From contig CAZGAW010000005.1 in the NCBI GenBank assembly GCA_964523645.1, positions 2,464 through 66,463 of the forward strand: 64,000 bases of DNA, given 5' to 3'. The translations under genes were made by a program, and so were the position numbers. Shown here piece by piece: positions 38,965 through 46,238 of this stretch (the first letter of the stretch is position 1; each line of letters opens with the position of its first letter). Below the pieces are notes generated by a model, which ran no database searches, was not told the DNA's origin, and saw only the letters and a program-made list of their open reading frames with translations. This stretch comes from an uncultured bacterium. GTDB lineage: Bacteria > Poribacteria > WGA-4E > WGA-3G.

Positions 38965-39675
38965 ATGAATCTTAACAAACACATACTTGTGATGATTATC
39001 CTTCTGCTGGCTACGGCATCTCATGCATTAGGGCATGTCACAGGCAGGAATCTTCAAAATTTTCAATATAACGCGGAACTCGCACCTGTCGCGCCTATTG
39101 TAGATGGGTATCTTGATGATCCAGCTTGGGACAGAGCGGTTCTCGGGAAGATGGAACAAGATTTACTCAGGGGGGAACACTGGCACGAATCCCCTGATTT
39201 TACAGGCACCTTCGGAGCAGTTTGGCGGAACGGTTTTCTCTATGTAGCCGTAAAGTTAGTCGACGACCAACTCGAAAATCGCCAAACGAAACTGATTCGC
39301 GAGGATCATCTGATCGTTTACGTAGATCCGCATCATTCAGGACGGATGGAAGACCTCTATCGTTTTGAAATCCCCATTGAAAAAGAATCAGGTCCACTAA
39401 AATCGCCATTGACGCGAGTCGAATGGGGAAACGATGGACAGACGTGTGAGTTAAGTTTTCGTCTTGACAATCTCGCGAGGAAGGGGAATAGTATCGGGTT
39501 TTTTATTGCCTATAACGATGTTGATAGTGGAAACCTTCAACATAAAATCGCTTGGGCACCAGAGGGTTACACTGAAGAAAACCTTGACCTTCCCGACCTC
39601 GTTTTTACGGCGAGGATTGAACCGACTCGACAACAAAAATTAATCCAGTGGGGACGCATCAAAAGTCTCTATTAG
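38965..39675 (+). CDS. Secreted CBM9-like carbohydrate-binding-domain protein
   Basis: 236 aa with a signal peptide. VDGYLDDPAWDRA and the pattern around FGAVWRNGFLYVAVKLVDD are typical of CBM9-like modules. The C-terminus reads KLIQWGRIKSLY. Confidence 0.72.
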   Translation: MNLNKHILVMIILLLATASHALGHVTGRNLQNFQYNAELAPVAPIVDGYLDDPAWDRAVLGKMEQDLLRGEHWHESPDFTGTFGAVWRNGFLYVAVKLVDDQLENRQTKLIREDHLIVYVDPHHSGRMEDLYRFEIPIEKESGPLKSPLTRVEWGNDGQTCELSFRLDNLARKGNSIGFFIAYNDVDSGNLQHKIAWAPEGYTEENLDLPDLVFTARIEPTRQQKLIQWGRIKSLY

Positions 39676-39686
39676 GTTGACACCAT

Positions 39687-39719
39687 AGGGCGAGGCGAAA
39701 AAACCTCGCCCTATTTTTA
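39687..39719 (+). terminator. Rho-independent terminator
   Basis: AGGGCGAGG, an 8-nt loop, then CCTCGCCCT, followed by ATTTTTAT. It begins 12 nt after the CBM9-like stop. Confidence 0.8.
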
Positions 39720-39737
39720 TAACCTAATTTGCCACTT

Positions 39738-39794
39738 GTAGCACAAACTTTCCAGTTTGTGCCAGTGAATGCGCAAACTAAAAGTTTACGCTAC
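39738..39794. repeat. REP-like doublet (family 1) in inverted orientation (REPIN-like)
   Basis: gtaGCACAAACTttccAGTTTGTGCc (39738-39763) is followed by GCGCAAACTaaaAGTTTACGCtac (39771-39794). The reverse complement of the first copy is nearly identical to 6386-6412. Confidence 0.65.
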
Positions 39795-39912
39795 GAGACC
39801 TTCGCGGCTCCTGATCGCTTTTCACCGAAAAACGGGGGCTGCATACGCGAAATCTTATAAGTAGCAACTTGCGTTTTTATAATGAAATACCATAAATAGC
39901 ACTGGAGCATCT

Positions 39913-40095
39913 GTGTATTATATCGGAAAAACTTTGGAACTGATGGGTATAGCCTGCTTGGGTGCAGGACTCTATTTAGGTTGTGTTAATCCTTTCGACT
40001 ACAGCGAATCCAAAGCAATGGGCGTTGAAATGGGCTTCCTAACACTCGGTGTTTTGGTTTTTTTTGTTGGCAGACTCATTGAAAAACGCCAATGA
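39913..40095 (+). CDS. Small two-TM membrane protein (60 aa), hypothetical
   Basis: GTG start with GGAG 6 nt upstream. Two hydrophobic segments are present (LELMGIACLGAGLYLGCV and FLTLGVLVFFVG). Confidence 0.4.
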   Translation: MYYIGKTLELMGIACLGAGLYLGCVNPFDYSESKAMGVEMGFLTLGVLVFFVGRLIEKRQ

Positions 40096-40142
40096 GGATT
40101 AATAATTAATGATGGGGTTATTTCTCTGATTGTATAAGTGTC

Positions 40143-41003
40143 ATGCAAAACTGTTTAGGTCAATTTTACACCAAAGAAGAAATAGCAAAATTGTGTTGGA
40201 AGCATCTTTCTGACACTCTTTCTCTCATAAATAGAAATATAGATGATGATAATCTATTGTTTGTGGAGCCTTCTGCTGGTACTGGCTCTTTTTTCAAATT
40301 GATGCCATCCCAAAGAAGGTTTGGTATGGATTTAGAACCTAAATATGAAGGTGTAAAAAAACAAGATTTTTTCAAGACTGTTCAGCTTGATTATGACTCT
40401 GACGATATTATAGTTGTTGGTAACCCACCCTTTGGTAAGAGAGGTAATTTAGCCGTATCTTTTTTTAATCACTCAGCCTATTTGGCGAGCACAATAGCAT
40501 TTATAGTCCCTGTTATTTTCCGAAAATTTATGGTTCACAAGAAGTTGGATTCCAGTTTAAAATTTATCAGCAAGCTAGAATTGCCTAGAGATTCGTTTGA
40601 ACTTGCTAATGGAAAACCCTATTCGGTAAATACTGAATTTCAGATATGGACTAAATTAGAATGTTCCTGCGATGACATGAGGCTTAATGAAGCCTTACCT
40701 ATATCTCACAAGGACTTCCAGATGTGGCAATATAACAACACACCTGCCGCTCTAAAAGCCTTTGAGAACGACTTTGATTTTGCTGTGCCTTCTCAAGGTT
40801 GGCAGGACTATTCCCGTAGAGAAACAGATTCAGCAAATTGCGAAAAAAATAAACAATGGATTTTACTAAAAGCTAAGAATCCAATAGTATTGTCTCGCTT
40901 ACTATCTATTGATTACAAGAGTCTGGCACAAAGATGTACTACGGCTGTTCCTGGATTTAGGAAGGGAGATTTAGTAAAGGAGTATAGTGATCGATATGAG
41001 TAG
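40143..41003 (+). CDS. Gamma-class N6-adenine DNA methyltransferase (type II R-M, TaqI/Eco57I-like motif order)
   Basis: 286 aa with motif X-like QFYTKEEIA, motif I VEPSAGTGSFF and motif IV VVGNPPFG. The gene is visibly AT-rich; lines I counted gave about 32-40% GC. Confidence 0.85.
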   Translation: MQNCLGQFYTKEEIAKLCWKHLSDTLSLINRNIDDDNLLFVEPSAGTGSFFKLMPSQRRFGMDLEPKYEGVKKQDFFKTVQLDYDSDDIIVVGNPPFGKRGNLAVSFFNHSAYLASTIAFIVPVIFRKFMVHKKLDSSLKFISKLELPRDSFELANGKPYSVNTEFQIWTKLECSCDDMRLNEALPISHKDFQMWQYNNTPAALKAFENDFDFAVPSQGWQDYSRRETDSANCEKNKQWILLKAKNPIVLSRLLSIDYKSLAQRCTTAVPGFRKGDLVKEYSDRYE

Positions 41004-41664
41004 AATTCAAGAATTATTCTTAGATATGAAGGATAATACTAGAAATTATCTAGTAAGCGACAAAGGGGCAGATTTTGAAAATCAATTTATCATTGGATTG
41101 GAAAGTCAAGGATATGAACAAGCGGATTTCTATGTATTAGGTGATTCCTATAAAAGTATGTTGAAACGAAGCATTGAACAAGATAATGACAGTATAAATA
41201 ACGAAACTGATCTGAATTACCATTATATAAGCCAGCCTTTCGGTTCTCAACGATACCCCGATTTTCTGATATTTGATCAGGATTGCGTTCTGTGTGTAGA
41301 ACTGAAATTTTCAAAGGGTAAAACAGCAAAGCCAGTATGGAATTCAGGACTACCTAGGTTTTACGGTTTATATCTATTCGGATCGTATGGAAGAAATGAT
41401 ATAACATTTTTCAGAGGTTGCGATATATTAAACGATCAGGATAGGGAACTTCTCAAAGGTTTTTTTGATAAAGAACTAGAACGATCGGAATCATTCAATA
41501 GTATGTACATGTCCGATCAAGAATTTGGATTTTCTACATATGCCAGAAAAGCATATCAGCAGACACAAAAACATAATTCTGATGCCATTACTAACTTCTT
41601 TGATAACCCATTAAGATTAAGGTTGGAGAGGTCTGTGTTGAACTATCTCATAAGTATTAGATAA
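40996..41664 (+). CDS. Putative type II restriction endonuclease (PD-(D/E)XK)
   Basis: RYPDFLIFDQDCVLCVELKFSKG fits PD...ExK. The ATG at 40996 overlaps the methyltransferase stop by 8 nt, which suggests translational coupling. AT-rich. Confidence 0.62.
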   Translation: MSRIQELFLDMKDNTRNYLVSDKGADFENQFIIGLESQGYEQADFYVLGDSYKSMLKRSIEQDNDSINNETDLNYHYISQPFGSQRYPDFLIFDQDCVLCVELKFSKGKTAKPVWNSGLPRFYGLYLFGSYGRNDITFFRGCDILNDQDRELLKGFFDKELERSESFNSMYMSDQEFGFSTYARKAYQQTQKHNSDAITNFFDNPLRLRLERSVLNYLISIR

Positions 41665-41754
41665 TGTGAGTTTGAAAAAAATAGGGGTTAATCAGTATAG
41701 GTAAATCGTTAATTTCCTGAAGTTCCCATCAGACACTTTCTCAACCATACCTGT

Positions 41755-42348
41755 ATGACAACAATTCAAAATACAGTGAATCTTCTTAAATATCACTTCT
41801 CTTATAATTATCACGATGCTGATACCTCACGACTTCCTGTGTTGGCATTCTACTCTATTTATGAGGTGTTCATGTCAATTGAGAGATATGAAGGCAAAAC
41901 GCTCTTGCCACTGAAAAGTCATACTACGTCGGATATCAAATCCGGTGGAATTGGAGATATTGAAGTACTGGAGAAAAATGGGAATTTTTTCGAGGCAGTC
42001 GAAATCAAACACAACATTCCAATTTCACCAGACCTTGTTGAAAGTGCGTATCAAAAGTTTGCTGAAATTCCTGTCCGTCGCTACTACTTACTCACCACAG
42101 CAGAGCCAAACGTTGATGATCCAAGAAAGGTAAATCAATTCGTTCAGCAAATCCGCAGACGGCACGGTTGTGAAGTGATCGTTAACGGTATTCTGCCGTC
42201 GTTAAAATACTACCTTCGATTGTTAACTAATCCGAAACTTTTCTTAGATTGCTACTCAAGAAACCTGCAGTTAGATTTTAATCAGAATACAGACATCAAG
42301 GAAATTCATTTACGTTATTGGAATGAATTGTTAGAATCCTTGCTATAA
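41755..42348 (+). CDS. Second putative PD-(D/E)XK nuclease-fold protein
   Basis: 197 aa. GGIGDIEVLEKNGNFFEAVEIKHN fits D...ExK. The strand and low GC match the two upstream genes. Confidence 0.55.
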   Translation: MTTIQNTVNLLKYHFSYNYHDADTSRLPVLAFYSIYEVFMSIERYEGKTLLPLKSHTTSDIKSGGIGDIEVLEKNGNFFEAVEIKHNIPISPDLVESAYQKFAEIPVRRYYLLTTAEPNVDDPRKVNQFVQQIRRRHGCEVIVNGILPSLKYYLRLLTNPKLFLDCYSRNLQLDFNQNTDIKEIHLRYWNELLESLL

Positions 42349-42371
42349 AAAATTGATTTTGAACAGTAGTT

Positions 42372-42785
42372 TTAGTCAGCAAGCTGCATAATCGCGATAC
42401 CCTGTTCGCCCGCGACCGAATAGAGCAGCCATTTTTCCCCGTCCTCACAATAGATAGCCGGATCCCGAAGTTCATGCCCGCGTTCCCGATCTAACCCACC
42501 TGTCGACCCTTTAATCGGTAAATCCACACCCTCAAAATCATACTTCGGCGCGATGACCTCTATCGGTGCAGAGGGTTGCCAAGCGTTCCAATCCTCTGTC
42601 AACTGCACGGTGCTTTTTCGGATGCGTTCTGGGCTATCGCCATAGAGTGAGTAATAGACCGTCAAGGTATCCCCTTCAAGGAGGTTCGCCGTGTGGCGCG
42701 GGAAACCGGTGTTGTCTTTTTCCGACTTACGATGAAAAAGCGGTGTGTCCCGTTGAATGAACGATGTTGTCCATTCAGAACTCAT
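42372..42785 (-). pseudogene. Truncated duplicate (C-terminal 137 aa) of the 49219..50106 glycoside-hydrolase-like gene
   Basis: The protein aligns residue for residue with the C-terminal part of the 295-aa protein (EWTTSFIQRDTPLFHRKSEKDN...). Homology stops abruptly at 42778, and the ATG is created at the junction. Confidence 0.8.
42388..42778. repeat. Left copy of a 391-bp direct repeat (partner 49229-49619)
   Basis: Aligned by hand with a constant offset of 6,841 bp and no indels. There are 15 mismatches between 42396 and 42543. Positions 42544-42778 are then identical (235 bp). Confidence 0.9.
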
Positions 42786-42919
42786 TTATGGAGCGTTCGG
42801 AACCCCTTTACTGCCTTCATTGTCCGCAACCTATCCACTAAATTGACACGTATGTATCGAAACCTCTTTGCCCCAGCGGAGCAATATGTCTATAACAGCT
42901 CCTTGGCAGCGAAACACCA

Positions 42920-44047
42920 TTATCGCTGCTTCAACACGCTCCACATCGTCGCCAAACGCAGCTGCGGACTCGACAGACGCGGTCCCGCAGGGACCGCTTC
43001 CACCGGCACACCCCACTTACTCCGCAAAAAATCAATAGACTCCCACACCAAATTCGTGGTATCTACGCTCCGGACGATGCGGGGAGTCTCCATCGCTTCC
43101 AAGCCTTCCAGCGTCGCATTCGTGTCTTTATAGCACGATATCGCAAAATCCACACGCCTGCCCTTCTCCGTAAACAAACGGTAGTCGAAACCCGGTAAGA
43201 CTTGACCGTCCCAGGTCAGGTCCCGCATCGGAAACGGATCGGCTTCGGGACTCTCTATCCGCACGATCCCGTCTTCGTCAACGACTGCGTTCTCTGCTGT
43301 GAGGAGATACTCGCGTCCGTGATTATACGGGACGGCTAACTTGAGTTTCCATCCCGCTAAGTCTGTGAGGCCTTCGGTGGGGTCAACATAGATTTCAACA
43401 GCCGTGGCTGTATAGATACCGGCACGGTTACTTTTATCTATTTCGACTTCAACGGCTTGGACGAAGACCTTGGGTGTCGGACGTCCAACGCCATTGGTTC
43501 TTTGCCATCCGACCGGACACCGGTAAACAACGACTTTTTGAGGTGGAGTTTCGACTTTCGGTGGGGGCGGTGGAGGAGGAGGTGGGGGCGGCGGAGGACC
43601 AACAATAATGGTAAGGGTGTTCTGCGGCTGGCAACCGGAACCTATGCGACCGTCCCAAGCCTGCACTACAAATTGATAAGTGCCTACCGGTATTGAAGAT
43701 CCGTCGGTTTTTACTTCCCATTTAGCAGTTGCCCCAACCTGATCGACACTGAAAGGCATATCGCTATGCCTTTTTTGTACACCATTTATTTGATGCCTGA
43801 TATCGCTTCCAGTGTAGAAATCTGCTGATGCTGAATTGGTAAAGGTGCCGCTCATAGTAAGTGTAATGAGCACCGTATCGTCTCCTACATTGCTGTAAGT
43901 TCTCTGAGTTGTGGATGACGGCGTCAATCGAGCATTACATCCTTGACCTTCTGATACGCGAGTTACCAAGAGACTACACGCCAACAGAACGCATACTGAA
44001 ATCAACAACTTGGGGGTCGTGCAGGATTGACTATAAAACGTTTTCAT
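42920..44047 (-). CDS. Secreted protein: Ig-like N-domain, 13-residue poly-Pro linker and lamin-tail-like (LTD) domain
   Basis: 375 aa with a signal peptide and a PPPPPPPPPPPPP run. The LTD-like pattern is AVEIYVDPTEGLTDLAGWKL. The C-terminus reads RLATMWSVLKQR. Confidence 0.78.
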   Translation of the reverse strand: MKTFYSQSCTTPKLLISVCVLLACSLLVTRVSEGQGCNARLTPSSTTQRTYSNVGDDTVLITLTMSGTFTNSASADFYTGSDIRHQINGVQKRHSDMPFSVDQVGATAKWEVKTDGSSIPVGTYQFVVQAWDGRIGSGCQPQNTLTIIVGPPPPPPPPPPPPPKVETPPQKVVVYRCPVGWQRTNGVGRPTPKVFVQAVEVEIDKSNRAGIYTATAVEIYVDPTEGLTDLAGWKLKLAVPYNHGREYLLTAENAVVDEDGIVRIESPEADPFPMRDLTWDGQVLPGFDYRLFTEKGRRVDFAISCYKDTNATLEGLEAMETPRIVRSVDTTNLVWESIDFLRSKWGVPVEAVPAGPRLSSPQLRLATMWSVLKQR

Positions 44048-44490
44048 AAATAAAGATATTCCTTTCGTATTGACAGACCCAACGCAGCGGCGTGGAGGTC
44101 CCTGACCGAGACTGAACAGAAACAGCCCCTTGGCGGGGTTCCCGTGTCAGGAATCCATGCAAGAGGCGAAGACAGCGGTTGCCCGTGTTTCGGGACGTAG
44201 CGGAAGTCGCAAGCCGCGAGGTCGAGTCTGAAGTGTGTTAGGGGAGAAGTTATACTTAACGTGAAATAAGGGGGGGTAACGGAGGTATCTAACATATCAC
44301 AAACTATCGCAGCCTCGGCGGGATGCCGCAAAGTCATTTCTACATCTGCTTGGATAGTTTCTGCTCGTATCATTGACCGAAATCCGTCTCCCTAAAATGT
44401 TTGAGGTGACAACTTGTGTTAAGTTATAATACGACAAATTTCGTAATTTTTCAAATTAAAATAAAAAGTCTATATGTAACTATAACCTAA

Positions 44491-44655
44491 TAGTCTGTCC
44501 AGTCTAAAATTAGGAGGAACCCCGCTCGTCGTAGGGCAATTCATTGCCCGTTCCTGACCGGCGGACGTGCGATAATGCACTTCGCATTTGGGCGAGTACG
44601 CCGCAAAATCGCACTACTACGAACTAATACCTACAACTTTAAGGTGGACAGACTA
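44491..44655. other. About 165-nt multi-stem structured element (candidate ncRNA or replication origin)
   Basis: The closing stem TAGTCTGTCCA (44491-44501) pairs with TGGACAGACTA (44645-44655), 11 bp. Nested inside are AGGAAC/GTTCCT (44515-20 / 44550-55) and GGGCAAT/ATTGCCC (44534-40 / 44543-49). Further short hairpins follow, and there is no ORF. Confidence 0.35.
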
Positions 44656-44753
44656 CTATAGTGAAATATACAATTATCATAATCTTCAGTGTCAAAACCC
44701 CGTCCTTTAGGGCGGGGATGTAGACGCTGCCTATGTTTGTAGCAAAAAAAGAT

Positions 44754-44782
44754 TTGACTTTTCTATGAAATTGTGGTATAAT
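44754..44782 (+). promoter_or_regulatory. Near-consensus sigma70 promoter for tnpB
   Basis: TTGACT, a 17-nt spacer, then TATAAT, with TGG just upstream of the -10 element. Confidence 0.6.
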
Positions 44783-44871
44783 TCATACACATCGTAGCGG
44801 TGGATTCTACCTCCCGCTTGGGAGTGCCACCGCACCGTTTAGAAGCGGTATTACGGTGTAAAGGAAATACG

Positions 44872-46026
44872 ATGTATACCACAAAATACAAATTTTTTCG
44901 TGCGCCACGCAACCGGCACCTGAAACGAAAGACGTGGATCGCACATACAATATGGAACTACTTTGTAGGTTGGCAACGCACGCGGAATTCTCTTGGATTG
45001 CCGTATCTGTCCTACAAAGAGATGTCGCGAGCATTTACTGTGCTCCGTAACTCGCATCCTGACGTTTTTTCACATTGGCGTAAGTTAGATTCATGGGCAG
45101 CGCGCCAAGTGCTTAAACGTCTGGATCTCGGTTATGATCGGTTCTTTAAGAAAATCGCAAAGCGACCCCCAAAGTTCCGATCGTTTCGTAAGCCATACTC
45201 GTTTACGATGTCTCCTTCTGGATACAAGTTTGCTGCCCCTATTACTGGTAATAAAGGATTCGGCATCTATAATGACCGTGTGACGATTATGGGTAAAGGG
45301 TATAGATTTAATCTGAGCCGTCCTATATTTGGAAAGATCAAAACTGTTACGATCAAAGAAGATGCACTGGGTGATTTCTATATGACTGTCGTTACGAATC
45401 ACATTCAGTCCCATCTCAAGCCAATGACGGGTAACGCTGCTGGGTTTGATATGGGCATCAAAACAATGTTGACGTGTTCCAACGGAAAACAGTATGAATC
45501 GCCTCATTTCTATACAGAATCTATTGATAACGTTAGAACAGCAAATCGTCAACTTTCGACAAAACAGCGTGAAAGCAACAACCGAGAACGTGCGCGACAC
45601 CACCATGCGCGTATGCATCGGAAAGTCCAGAGACAACGCGAAGATCACCATTGGAAACTTGCACTTGAACTTGTGCGTAGGTTTGATATTTTGTTCTTTG
45701 AGACATTGAACCTTGACGGTATGAAACGCCTGTGGGGTCGTAAAGTCTCTGATATTGGATTCTACGCATTCTTGCAGAAAGTCGAGTGGCAAGCGAAAAA
45801 GCGTGGAAAACGCGTTGAATACATCAATCAATGGCAACCGACAACGTCTGTGTGTCATATCTGTAATGCTCGTGTTTCTCTTGAATTGAGTGATAGAACA
45901 TGGACGTGTAAACATTGTAATACTCACCATGACCGCGACATTAACGCGGCTATCAACATTCTTAAGGTTGGGGCATCAACCTTTGGAGTAGAGAACGTTA
46001 GACTTGCTATTGCAAGCAGTTCTTGA
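44872..46026 (+). CDS. tnpB: TnpB (IS605 OrfB-family RNA-guided nuclease), apparently intact
   Basis: RuvC-like motifs: AAGFDMGIK (Asp), ILFFETLNL (Glu) and HHDRDINAAINI (Asp). The zinc finger is CHICN...CKHCN. The start is set at MYTTKYKFF (ATG 44872, with AAGGA upstream) rather than the GTG at 44800. Confidence 0.9.
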   Translation: MYTTKYKFFRAPRNRHLKRKTWIAHTIWNYFVGWQRTRNSLGLPYLSYKEMSRAFTVLRNSHPDVFSHWRKLDSWAARQVLKRLDLGYDRFFKKIAKRPPKFRSFRKPYSFTMSPSGYKFAAPITGNKGFGIYNDRVTIMGKGYRFNLSRPIFGKIKTVTIKEDALGDFYMTVVTNHIQSHLKPMTGNAAGFDMGIKTMLTCSNGKQYESPHFYTESIDNVRTANRQLSTKQRESNNRERARHHHARMHRKVQRQREDHHWKLALELVRRFDILFFETLNLDGMKRLWGRKVSDIGFYAFLQKVEWQAKKRGKRVEYINQWQPTTSVCHICNARVSLELSDRTWTCKHCNTHHDRDINAAINILKVGASTFGVENVRLAIASSS

Positions 46027-46085
46027 GGATACCAGAATCTCCCCCGCTTTAGCGGGGAGAGTATGTCAAGTATACACTTTAAAAT

Positions 46086-46114
46086 TTGACCAAAAATGAG
46101 AATTTTGATAATAT
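46086..46114 (+). promoter_or_regulatory. Sigma70-like promoter for the 983-aa gene
   Basis: TTGACC, a 17-nt spacer, then TAATAT, sited about 125 nt upstream of the ATG at 46239. Confidence 0.5.
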
Positions 46115-46238
46115 ACACTAATGAATAGAGAAACGCGGTGCCTCCGGGGTATAAGCCCCAGCGGGGCAACATCTGTGTAGAAACTTGGCAAAACGGTATC
46201 CAGAATTTACGCAATTCTGTCTTTAAGGAAACATATTG

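Larger units (their letters stand above)
44690..46070 (+). mobile_element. IS200/IS605-family element carrying tnpB only (IS1341-like)
   Basis: The candidate left-end hairpin is CCCCGTCC-TTTA-GGGCGGGG (44698-44717). The candidate right-end hairpin is TCTCCCCCGC-TTTA-GCGGGGAGA (46038-46060). Both have the same TTTA loop and similar G/C stems. No tnpA is present. The exact ends are not determinable by eye. Confidence 0.75.

Noticed and set aside
42566-42760. Identical 64-aa plus-strand ORFs at 42566..42760 and 49407..49601
   Set aside because: They are antisense artefacts of the 235-bp identical repeat segment. They are useful only as confirmation of the duplication.
43555-43600. A G-rich tract (ggtgggggcggtggaggaggaggtgggggcggcggagg) as a possible G-quadruplex or independent repeat
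   Set aside because: It is the antisense of 13 consecutive Pro codons in the LTD protein linker. The coding explanation is sufficient.
44090-44340. Possible RNase P RNA, tmRNA, SRP RNA, or cobalamin or c-di-GMP riboswitch
   Set aside because: I compared both strands with the conserved cores I remember: GAGGAAAGUCC, the tmRNA ...UCCACCA end, the B12 box and GEMM ACGCAAAGCC. I found no convincing match. The region is left as an unassigned structured block.
44044-44373. A 109-aa minus-strand ORF overlapping the LTD gene start
   Set aside because: It has no Shine-Dalgarno and no motif, and its composition is Pro/Ala/Cys-rich. It coincides with the GC-rich hairpin cluster. I treat the region as non-coding, although a conserved small protein cannot be excluded.
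46027-46206. Similar 14-mers GGATACCAGAATCT (46027) and GGTATCCAGAATTT (46193) as possible IS target or direct repeats
   Set aside because: The match is only partial. The first copy lies inside the proposed IS right end rather than flanking it. IS200/IS605 elements do not make target duplications.
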